A stretch of 64,000 nucleotides of DNA from Bugula neritina (taxonomy: Eukaryota > Animalia > Bryozoa), in assembly GCA_964035545.1 (NCBI GenBank), contig OZ037765.1, positions 13,278,698 through 13,342,697 on the forward strand, given 5' to 3'. The position numbers were made by a program, and so were the translations under genes. The notes under the pieces are model-generated. The model had not been told where the DNA came from. It was given only the letters and a program-made list of their open reading frames with translations, and did no database searches. Numbering within the stretch: the first letter of the stretch is position 1; every line of letters begins with the position of its first letter. Shown here one piece after another: positions 12,998-25,100 of the stretch.

Positions 12998-13110
12998 TAG
13001 AAATTCAAAATTTAAAAACGTAGCATGAAAAGTTATGTTTCCGTGAGAATTTCAATTCCCCAAACTAAATTTAATAATAAATTAAAGAAATTAGACCATC
13101 CTTATTTCTC
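12998..13110 (+). repeat. Partial copy of dispersed repeat family A
   Basis: aacgtagcatgaaaagttatgtttccgtgagaatttcaa..ccaaac..aattaaagaa matches 18150-18245. Confidence 0.7.
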
Positions 13111-15286
13111 AGTCATTGCCCTTATAAGTATATCAAAATGATTCTAGTGAGTAGACGTAGTAGCCTACTTCTAGCGGGTGAAATATTTTGGTCTACCTTG
13201 GAGCTAGGTAAAAATCTGTCGCCTGGACGGTGGCAGTGATAGGTGAAATAACGTTAATATAAATAACAAACATGCAAAATATATGTACATATATTATATA
13301 TATATATATAATATATATATATATTTATATATATATATTTATATATATAGTGCGTTATTGTGTTATATTATATTTTCAAACTACTCAAATTAATTTTGTC
13401 TGACACGTACGCAATTTAGCGTAGAACTTTGCTGGACAGGTAGAATATATAACAAAGAAATCTATATGTAAAGTGATTTTGTCTATTGCATAAGACTAAA
13501 CACCAAAATTTGGCACTATTTAGTCCTATGAATAAGTAGACAACTCCTACAATAATACTCAGGTCATGGCTCATAAAAATCATTATTTAATGATGGCTCG
13601 CTCCAGCCTTTTAAATCTTAATTTTATAATACTTTTAAAGTTTTATTTTGCTGCTTCAATAAAGCTAGCATTGAAATATATTACACCAAGTGATGCTTTC
13701 TAAAGCTGGCTTTTCACTCTCAATTAGCAAGAGTTACCGTGGTTGCGCATATGTAGGCTAAATCTAGGTATTTTTCATAATTTATGCTCACTGAATGTTA
13801 AAAATAAGCCTTTAACCAAATAGTTGGGCATAAAAAAGAAAAATAGAACTAGAAAATGCCCTGGCTCTTGAAATTTATCTCTGTGTCCAAGTTAAACACA
13901 ACTTTTGTTTTAGGCTTTTAATTTCATGTAATTGGTCATATGATCCATGCTATTTCTATTTATGGGTGCGCAAAAATTGGCAGATCATTTTTACGCAATG
14001 CAGTAAAATTTTTTAGTATATATGCCCGATATTATTGACATAATGATAAAAGGTTCCACCTTTGTTTTAAAAGTAAGAGTAAAAAACTACATGAAAACTT
14101 CCTGATACATATATTTTTTATGTATAGTTATTATAGCCTATACACTAATTAAAATTTAATATAGTGCTATAAAACACTTGCCCACTGAGTTTTTGGCCTA
14201 GTTTCATTACTACAAATACATATACCTATATTACTTTTGAATAAAAAACATAGGCCTATATTCTTTACCCTAAAACTTTTGTTTTCTTATAGTGACATTG
14301 TTTCAATTTATAACATAAAGTAGATTTTAATATATTGTGACACACTGGTTTTTACAGGGAAGATTAACAGGAGGCTGTCACATCCAGTCACAACTTAACA
14401 ATATAATTCAAGATGTTGAACTGAGGCTAGGATGATGTAGCACTTTAGTATATTATGAGTTAAATGCCTGGATTGCTTATAATACAATTCCAAAGTACAA
14501 TCTCGGTTAATGCAGTCAGTCACTAAGTTATCACATTCTGTAATTTCATAATATTATTCTACTATTGCAAGTTGAGTGTGTTTTTGTTTCAATGTTATAG
14601 TTATTGTAAACTAATAATTAATTGTAAATAAAATTAAATAGAAATTTTGCTAATTAATGCTAATATGGCAAATGTTGAAATCAATAAGCTTGGTCACTAA
14701 GAAAAAGCAAGTCTTAAAAACCGATTGGACTTTTGCCTATTGCACAGATACATGGCATAGCTTCTTATACTAGCTAGACTTGCAAGTTTTATCTGAGCTT
14801 AACCTGATGTTTTAATAAAAAGAGTTTGCAAAAATGCAGGCTTGTGCTGTTTGGAATACTTTGAAATCACTCAGAAGTTGAACTATCTTCAATGCCTGAG
14901 CAGTTTGCAGTCTAAAATATACACATGGTGATTGGTAACTGCCATGCTTTTGTTTTTGAACATCATTGTTGGCAAGAGTAAATTAACATTAACATGCATT
15001 GAATTAAAGTTTTATTGAATCCTTTTTTGTTTCAGGTGTGCAGCAATAAAATGATGAGCAACTAAAATCAACTGTCATTGTCATTGTTTAGCTGGCAACA
15101 TGTCTTTGAATGCTTGATCTACCAATTATTGATTATTTTGGTATCTTCTCAATATGGACTATATTGATCAACTAAGAAAAGACAATAGAAGTAGTAATAG
15201 AGCTTGTTGCTATATGAATAGTGAGTATCTGTTGTTGTTTGTTGAAAGGCTGGTTAGACATTTTGACATGACTGCTGTTAGTGAAT

Positions 15287-18048
15287 ATGTCGAAACATGA
15301 TCTCAACAATGGTAGTATAATTTCACCTGCAGATAAAGCAAAGAAGCAGTTGAATAAACGTATTTCTAGACAGCAGGTAGGTCTGAAAGGTTGAGTAGTT
15401 TAAAACATTTCCATAATAATCAAAACTTTTTGTTTATACTATGTTTTAGTATTGTTTCTGTAGTATGGAGTTTTTAAATGCAGGACTATCCAAAGTTGAA
15501 TTTAGTATAATTTCCTTATAACTTAAATTTTTCATGAGGTATGTGGTCGTCAAATTAATATACTTATTCTGCAAAGTGATTTTTCAAGAATAAAATCTAT
15601 ATTATATTATTATTTTTTTAAATTTAAGTGATATGAGACCATGTTTCACTTTTAGACAAAAAGGTTCTACAGAACTGCCCACAATCTCAATAGCAGTGAA
15701 AGCAATAATTTAGAGACAAGATTGAAGTCGATATCCACTACTCAACTCGAATATAAAAGACTATCCAGTGCCAATGAGCGTATTTTTAAATTGAATCGAC
15801 GGAGAAATATTCTTTCAGCACACCATGTTCAGGTTGAGGATGAGATTTGTAACTTAAACAACCAGCGGCGTAAATCCATGGCACTGCTTAAATTGAACAT
15901 AACGCAAAATATTTCGCCTACAAAGGTAAGCCTGTGAATATTTAGAGGTAAACTTGAAATGTCGGAAAAGTTAAAAGTTATGCGCTCTCATCCTTTTGTT
16001 GCACTTTGTACAGCTATAATATAATTATGTAATTTTAAAAATTCATTTGTAAAGCACGTTGTTGATTGGTCTCTTTAAATTATAGGATTTTAATGATGAA
16101 TCTCTTTTGTATTGGACTTAGATCATCAAGCAATTCAAAGTAAGAAAATCCATGCATGTTGAAAGTGAATGTTGTATTTCGTAGAGTCATGATCAACATT
16201 TTATTTGACAAGTTTTTATTAGTATACTAATTGATGAGAAAGAAAAGTGTGTTAATTATTTACCTGCTTTTACATCCTCAATAAACATTGAAGCAGAACA
16301 GTAGTGAGTTATTTCATCTCAGCTGAATCAAAGTTATCCTTCGGGAAAATATTTAAAATTAACTAAGCTACAAATTCCCTAGAGTCTTTTCAAGTTATAA
16401 GCATTACAAACGCCAAGTCATTAAAAATAAACGGATTTCCTGTATGCAAATTCCAATACAGGAAAATCCGGTGCAGGAGCAACTTTCTAGCTAATAATAT
16501 TTTTGTTTGAATTCACTGCTCGCCTGCAGGCTTTTGTTTCTATAGCAACGCCTTTGGCTTTGCCGGGAAAAGATGATTTTAGATATAAACGCAGCAAGTA
16601 AAAAATTTCAATCGGTAGAAAATGAAACATGAACTTAAAAAAGTGTGCTTGATAGATAGTAATCAGCCAATTAGATCAAATCTGAAGCGACTTTCTTAAC
16701 CGGCTGCTCAGCGTAATATTTTAAACACATGAGCTCCACACGAAATCTGCACACAACAGCTCAATTTTGGCTTGTATATATTTCTCGCACTGGCCAGTGA
16801 CATAAACCCACTTCCTGTGGCCTCAAAATGACTGTTAAGGACACTCTACATTGCAAAGTATTGTTATATACGAATGATCTTTCAGTACTAATCACAAAGC
16901 ATACTTTCCACAATATTAAGCGTAGGACCACACTCAAAAAATCCGTCTAGCCCAAAAATTGACTGTTGGGTACAAATTTCAGACGGATTTTATGCAAATA
17001 ACATGTTGAGTGGTAATGCGGAAAGCTTGTGCAGGTTTAATCTAATTGGCTGGTTGCCAATAACAAACACACTTTCTGTGTTTTAATACGCAGTTGAATT
17101 TTTAGCAACTGAATTAAAGCATTTTCCTTAGTTTGCATTTTCCGCTTTATTTATGACATCTTAAGTCACTTTATCGATTACGTAGATTCAAAAACAAATG
17201 CTTGTAGGCGAGCAGTAATGTTTAATGCCAATTCATTCACTAATAAATTCTCTGCACTGCGTGTGGCAGGTTGTTCCTGCAACAGATTTTTACCATTTGG
17301 ATCCACACATAGGGAAACCCGCATGACCCTATACTAACTTTTCCAAATATTTAGCCTGATCCTTATGCCCACATGTTATGTTGTTCAACTACCAAGCAAA
17401 ACTCAACATACTTTGACTAGGTGTTCATAGCAAGTATGAGTCTTGTTGCTTACACAGTGGTATAGGTATATACTATACACAGTTTTCTTATTAGCCATAT
17501 ATTCTTGAAACTTCAGTACTTCAAATGCATAACTTGTGAATTTTTTTAGTTTCTTCCAATATCCAATTACACTTTTGCAACCATCAGTTTTTATGTTCCA
17601 GGGGTCACCTCTCTCAGTAGTTGGGTCTCCGCTGCCCAAAACATCGACTGCAGCACTGCATGACGGAGTGCCTACCATGCTCAGCAGGCCATCCATCACT
17701 AGAAGAATTAAGACAGCACCGGCTCACGGAAGAACTGATGCTACTATGCTGCTTAAGCCAACGGATGTAGAATTAAATGATCCTCTTCGATTGCTGGAAC
17801 GAATAGAAACATCTGATGGCTTTTATGAAATGCGAAATAGAGTAGCTAGTGGAAGAAGATCAGCACACGCTCTGCAGTCATCCAAATGCACCACAAGAGA
17901 CGTGCCCAGCTATTTAGCTTTAGATCCATTGGAAAAAGATGCATTTCGGTCTAATAAGAAAAAGCAGGCTATAGATCAGCTAAAACGCGTACATGCAGGA
18001 AGTGATGACAGGTGTTCTGAATTAGTGAGACAGTGGATTCAGAAATGA
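15287..18048 (+). CDS. Uncharacterised protein (~268 aa, basic, with a possible coiled coil)
   Basis: Three phase-0 coding exons: 15287-15376 (MSKHDLNN..RQQ), 15656-15925 and 17602-18048 (stop TGA). Splice sites are canonical. No family recognised. Confidence 0.7.
16430..16760 (-). mobile_element. Degenerate copy of MITE family B, inverted
   Basis: actgctcgcctgcagg and agccaattagatcaaa are reverse complements of motifs in 16919-17335 and 44031-44473. Boundaries are approximate. Confidence 0.55.
16919..17335 (+). mobile_element. MITE family B copy
   Basis: Starts agcgtaggaccacac and shares tctaattggct, tgtaggcgagcagtaa and gtgtggcagg with the 44031 copy. Ends gaccctatact. Confidence 0.7.
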
Positions 18049-18105
18049 CTTACTTGTTTTGTTATTTACTTTGTTTAAATTTAGTTTACAATACCACTTT
18101 TACTA

Positions 18106-18262
18106 GAGGTAGATGCAGTAATGGAGAAATTAAGTAAAGCCTGTGTTCTAGATTAGAAACGTAGCATAAGAAGTTATGTTCTCGCAAGAATTTCAACCCT
18201 CGCCCCAAACCAAAATTAAAGAACTTAGGCTATCTTAATTTCTCCACTACTGCTCCTAAATG
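18106..18262 (+). repeat. Dispersed repeat family A
   Basis: gaggtagatgcagtaatggagaaatt..ctcctaaatg. Reverse-complement copies at 19426-19606 and 58448-58619. Confidence 0.85.
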
Positions 18263-19101
18263 TTTTACTATGGAAGTTTTAATAACTAGGAGCTAAGATT
18301 TGCTCTGCTTCCTTATTCAATATATTTTGTTCTTGAAATAGGCTTTGATTTTGCAATTTGCAAATATTTAATTTGAGTAAATTGGTTAATGTTCATATTG
18401 ACTTTTGCCACCATCAAGCCTTTAAAATACTTATGTAAATCAGGTACTTTTTAGAACTTCTAGCCTAGTTTTGTTTCATGTTTACTGCGCAATCATTCAT
18501 AAAAATTAACTGACTGGCTAAGTACTTGTTATATTTATCCTACTGCCAACGATATCACAATACACATACTGTTTTATTCTATACATATTGCATAGACATA
18601 TCAGTGTTTTGCACTATACACTACATTTCATACTAGGATAGATGAAGCAGCATGATGATGCACACATAGCTGATGTCTTTGATTATAAAGCTTCAATGTT
18701 TATTAGACATTAATACCACCCTATGAAATGTATTTTATATTGCCTGAAACAATTTGACTTTTGACCTTTGTGAGTCACAGTTACATTGTACTGCCAGTAG
18801 TCTGTAGAAAGAAGCTGCCAAGTGAGATAAGACATATTGTATTAGTAGCAGCAGGCAGCTACTAGCAGAGGTTTTATCGTGAGGTGTGTGGGATTGGGTG
18901 AATTATTAGAGAGGAATTTGCTGTTCGTCAGCTATCAGGTGATTAACTCAACGTTCATATTTCGTAGCATATATTAGAGCTAGATATGATGAACACTTTG
19001 GATGGTGATGCCAATCTAACTATTAACAGCATCTCATTAATTATGTTTTAGGAATATACTGCAGTGCATGTTATAATTACCCATATTATACTTCTACGAA
19101 A

Positions 19102-22100
19102 ATGGCTTCGGATATTCATACTGGGAGCATAGACGTGTTATCCAATGAGGAGCAGCATAAGACGCTAATTGAAAGTAAACCTAAAAGGAGATTCATCATT
19201 AATCCATTCCGAGGGTTTTATAATGCAGGTAAGTTGTGGGCTGAAGAGTGTATACTAACTACATAACTCATAAGCCTATGCGAGCTAAATTGAGGTTTGT
19301 TGGTATTTGTATGTGTAACACTAACTTAGGTAGGGCTTCAGTTCATTTAGGCAATTTTCTTCTACTTTTGTCTCAGTTTAGTGTTGTTGTGTGTTGTGTT
19401 GTTAATAAATAATTTGATCAAAACCCATTTAGGAGCAGTATGTGGAGAACTTGAGATAGCCTTTAATTCAGATAGTTCTTTAATTTGATTATTAAATTTT
19501 GGTTTGGGGAGCGGGTTGAAATTCTAGCAAGAAAATAACTTCTTATGCTACATTTCTAATCTAGAACATAGGCTTTTCTCAATTTCTCCATTACTGCTTC
19601 TACCTCGAACAAAGATCAACTGTTGAGCAGAGTATAAACTAAAGGTACTGCTTAACTTTTCGGCAGCTTGCTAAAATTGCCCACTTTCTGGACATGCATC
19701 ATAACCGACTCAATGTAAATAGTATAACAAAAAAAATGTTAAAATTTTTTTGAAGAAAGCTGTTCAGAATTTTAAATATTCTAATTGCAATAACTTACAT
19801 TAAAAATGTGTGTAATTATAGCATAGTCACAATGCACATAGCTATAGGGAAGTATCCTAGCTGTAATTCTAAGTATCACTTTGCAAAGTCTTCGATCAGC
19901 TTTGTGATTAATTATTATTGAAAACCATTTTTACTCCTCTTCGAGTTAGTGTAGTTGAGCTCCCATAACTTATATGTTTTAAAGCAAGAGAGTGTGAAGT
20001 TGGGAAAGGATGGCGTTTAGGCAATCATTTCAAATTGCGTAGTTCTAGCTTTAGCTATAAAATACACATATCATTACTTACAGCCACGTGGCTGTTGTGT
20101 TAATTCTCAAATTTTCTACAATTATTCTCGTAGACTACTGCAACTGAATCAGTAGAGTAGCGACCATAATAGAGAATATGACTCTACGGGTACCAAAGCT
20201 GTACTTTTCGTATGATTATTACTTTTAAAACTCAATCTTATGAAGCTTTCTTCAAGTTTTAAAGAACAGTTTTAAAAACTCGATTGTTCATATTTCTCAG
20301 CCAAACCCATAAGTGTGGGGCTACAGCAGCCCAAATTTGTCAGCAGAATTGGAAATTTACTAGTCTATAATATTTGTGCTTGACTTTACTGCTTGCCTAC
20401 AGCACTTTTGTTTCCATAGTTACGTCTGCTGTGAAATGCAGAAAATAAAAGAATGATTTCAGCAAATGTAGAAAAAAACAAATAGTCAAAAGCGCCCTTT
20501 TTAAATCTCACTCGCTATTTCGATAATTCGCAATTGAATAAAATAAATAATATTGTAAAAATGGAATGAGAAAAGTGAGCTCGCTCTAGAAAAGTCACCT
20601 TAGTCTAATGTGGCACCACTCTAAGGAAAGGGCAAAATTGAGCCATAATGCATTACACTTTGGGAATACTTTTTAGGAATTTGAACGTAAATGGTTAATA
20701 CAAATATTTTTGCACATTTAGTTATCTTGGTGAAGTTTATCTGAAAGTCAATGGCTCAGACTTGAGTAGATAAAGAAAGTGAATGTTTATTTTACAGCGG
20801 CGTCACCTCTACAAAGGAAATTATAATTCAATACTTTTTAGTATCACCTTATTAATTTAAATTTGAACTAGACAAAAGAACTATGGTTATAATGTGATTA
20901 TTGTTATTTTGAGCCAATTATTTTGATGGTTTCTGATCGGTTACCTCCAAGCACCAGAGTTGGATTTAGATGCTGTGCTAATACAGTCTGAATACAGGTT
21001 GACTGTTGTAATATATTTATTTAATTCTTAGCTAGTAATGTATACGTTACACTATTGTCATACATAGATGCCTAGAATCTATACATGCCAATGTCTTTTT
21101 GTAGAGGAACATTATTTGCTTGTTATTTTGGAGAGTAAATAAACCCATGCTGTGCTGACAAATTAATAATAAGCCAGCATTGGAGGTGGTATGTGAGAAT
21201 ATTTCATAAATAAGCCTATTGAACTTACAAAAGCAACATAAACCTCATCTACTGTAATTTGCATGACTTATCTTTGCAAGTCACCGTGCACGATCTTTAG
21301 TGGTAGGTGCAGAATTACAGCTTTTTTCAAAAAGCTTTAGTTCTATTAGACATTAATTGTAGAAAAAGGAACAATAACAAATTAATTTATCTTCCTTCAA
21401 ACTCAAACACTAAATAAAGAGTTGTAAACCCATGGTAAGTGAAAATCCACTACTCTGACACATTCGAATATTTACAGATCAATCTTTCAGATGTTGTCAT
21501 GGTCGCGCTTGATTTTTAAGTGAAAATCAGTGGCTTCATATATTGAAATTAAATTGTTTTTGAGAAGCAGATTGAACATATCAATCCATTTTGATCACCC
21601 CAAATGAGCTTGTTAGATAATTGGCATCTTTTAAAATCTTCAAACCCACACACGCTATTTCAGTAATTGTTGCACAGCAGTAAGCCCAGTTTTTCAACAA
21701 ACGATTTTTAATGAAATACTTGGGTTTCGCCGTTGAGTGGTGACTCTTAAGGAGTATGCTAGGAAAGGTGGTGAGTCTACAGCAGGGCTGTCCAACAGGC
21801 GGCCCCAGGGTCGGATGTGGCTCCTAGCCTATATTTATGTGGCCCTCAAAGGCATAACACTAAAATTATTTTTCATTGTCAATGAATTAGTGAAAAACCA
21901 CCTTTCAAATGTATTATTTACACACATGCTACAAAACATGCAGCCTGCAGTAATTATTGGGACTTTATTGGGTATAAATGATTCCTAAAAACTTGCAATA
22001 AAGCAATTTGAAAAATACTGATATACTGTAGCCTACCAGCTCAAGCTTAAGTTTACAATGTGGTCCACCGAAGTATTTTCTTTCTGTAGCCCTCGTAGGG

Positions 22101-25100
22101 TCCTCGGTCTAAAAAGATTGGACACCCCTGGTCTACAGGACTGTTATCCAAGTGAACAAGTTTCCAAGCTGCATTCATCTTGAAGTATAATTTAAAAAGT
22201 AACCTGTTTATGTGATAATTAGTGTTTCTGCTCTATCATGCAGGTGGGTTAAGGTCAAGCTCAACTGTCTAACTGTAAAATACCATAAATTGCAAGTGAC
22301 AGGAGGTTGCCTTTTCATAATAACCATGAAACCCTAGTAGGCCCACCAAATAACATGATATGTCATTATAATTATAATTATTAGCACAGTTATGGAAAAT
22401 GAGAAATTTTTAGTAAAAGATTTGCCATTATTTTTGTTGGTAAAATAAGTTTTTAATTGAAACTAAGGCAAAATTAGGCTAAACTTCTGTTTTGCATCAA
22501 GATAATATAGTTTTGACATAGGGAGTTGTCTTCTCTCATCTTTTGAGCCCAAACAATTGAAAAAGCCAAGCTTTTTCTGAATGCTTGTTTTTCAATTATT
22601 GTTTAGATTTTTATCTTTATTTTCATTTCATTTTTAATTTTCTTTATATAATTTGCGTTGCTTCAAGGGATAGCAGTGCAGAAGTAAATACTATGTGTTG
22701 GTGCTAGGTGCTAAAGAGGTAATTAAAAATGAGCTATCTATATCTTTGTGATTTAGAAACTCTAGTTACTAATTGTAGCATGGGGAGATGTTTTAATTCA
22801 AAATAAATTAATATTGCTTAAAATGAAATACTAACAATTAATTTGTGATGTAGTGTAGTATGCAATGGAACATTCAAAATCCCACAAAGTAGGAGTTGTC
22901 CCATTATTTTTTGTTTAGTATAGCATAATGATATAATATAAAGAGGCCAAAAGATCTAACATTTTAATTTTATATTATTACTGGGTTACCAGCAGTAGCA
23001 ACTGAAAGTGTTGCAAGTAAGAAAGTATGACTCCCAAATGACAAATTTTGCAACTTTAAAAAATTGCATAAATACCATTGCTGTCGCGTACGTAGGAATC
23101 TTGTTAATTTAACCTTTTGGTCTTTTAAACTAGCCATCAACTAACTTACCTGCAGGGTATACAGATGTACAAAGAGTCTTACCCCTCATTCACACTTTGC
23201 CGTATCGTACTCCGTAATGTAAAATATTAGCCACTTTTACAAATGTCTGAGCTTCCTGTACGTTAGGATGATTCAAACAAGTTGCGGCTGGTTCCTATTG
23301 GACAGAAAAGCTTTTGCGGCAACTCATTGGATATAATTGTCCAATGAAGTGTCATATATCGTACTGGACTTTGAAAACTTCAGCCCGGACACATTAAAAA
23401 TGACCGATACAGCAGAGTGTGAATGAGGGGATAGGTTTAAACATTGGCCTTGACAGCAGTTTGACTATGTTTCACAAGAAGATAGTCTGCATTTGTGCCA
23501 TTTGTGACCGCCTATTCTGAATACCTGTAGCAATGAATCCAGTAGAGTCATGAGTTATATGAAGCAAATTTAACTTGTTTAGGCATACAACTCTCACATT
23601 GGGTTCAGGTTGTAGCTAATGTATACATTTATATACGTGTATATGTAATACCATATAATACTATATTATGCTTTTAAATAAGGCAGTCCTACCTGAAAAT
23701 CTATGGCTTTCTAGAGGAAATTTTAAAATCAACATAATTAATAGATGTAAATATTATTATTATTAAAATTAAATGGTTGTTTATTTGCACATCTTTTATT
23801 CTGAAACAACATGCTGCTCAAGCTCTGCCAGCGTCAGCTCTACCAGAACTCATATGGCAAAATTGTGTATATTAAATCACTATAGCTATTTTCTTACATT
23901 TTTTTTGCTTTTTGTGATCAGTTTGTGATGTCCATTATTACGTGTTCAACAAATATATCAATTATAAAAAGATAAGCAGTTTTTGTAAGCAGTGTTGATA
24001 AGTCTTTAGCTGCAAATAAAAATGGGCTAGCTGTTTTGACACATTTAGTTGATATTCAAATGTTTGGTTAGTGTCATTTGAGTATGACCAACAGGTGGAA
24101 GTATTTATAACAAAAGTCAGCTACAAAATGTGAATCTTGAGTTCAGCTATAATGTTATTACATTTTGTTCAATATTTAAAGCATTTGTTCACTATTTAAG
24201 GCATGCGTTGTTAAAGTGAAACATGAGTAAGCTGTTTACCTACTATAAGTTTTTAGCATTTGAAGATACCTCTTTTTAACTGCTGTTTTTTAATTGCTCT
24301 ACTTCAATCACTCTACACATAAGGGAATTATCTACTTTAAAGCATATTTTTCCCAGGTTTTGCCTGTTGAGCTCAGCTGCTGTATTAGAGTTAACTATGT
24401 ATGTGTGAATTTAGGTCATTGAAGTTCTAAAACATGTATAGTTTTAAAAAAACAATCTAGCAACTTTTTCATTGAGAAGTTTTCTGTTCCTATGTGCATG
24501 TAAAAAGGGGTGGTGATTATTTTAGTAGTAATTATTTTACCATTATTATTATGTAACACACTGCAGGTCATTGTTTGCCAATTTACTACTAGCAAAGCTG
24601 TGCTAGGCTGGGCTGTGTGCTATCTCGCTAGACAGTGATAATTAAATATTGAAACAGGGAAAAGGATGTTAATAAAAAGATTTGTCTAAAAAAATTGAGC
24701 ATCCAATCATAAATTTTCAGCTGACAGGAATTATCAAAAACGCATTGTTTTACCATAATCTCTCTCCTAAATTTCTGGAAATAATAATTGGGAAGCTAAG
24801 TTGGGTGCCAGGTGTTAATCTCAAATTGTCAATGCACCACTGGCTTACACATAATATTGAATTAAATTACAAAGGAAAGCCAGGTGTCACATATATTGAG
24901 TAATTTTATTCTTGTTTTTGTGGTGTCATTTACAGCTTGAGCACTAAACCAGTGTTATATTTCACTTAAACCTGTGTTAGAAATTGCAATACAAGGTTAT
25001 AAATAAACTGCCTCAAGTTTGGGTAATGTGGGTTTATTTATATCACATTGCTCACACTGAGCTGTGCGCAAGTTTTGTCTATATTAGCGCGTACGTGACG

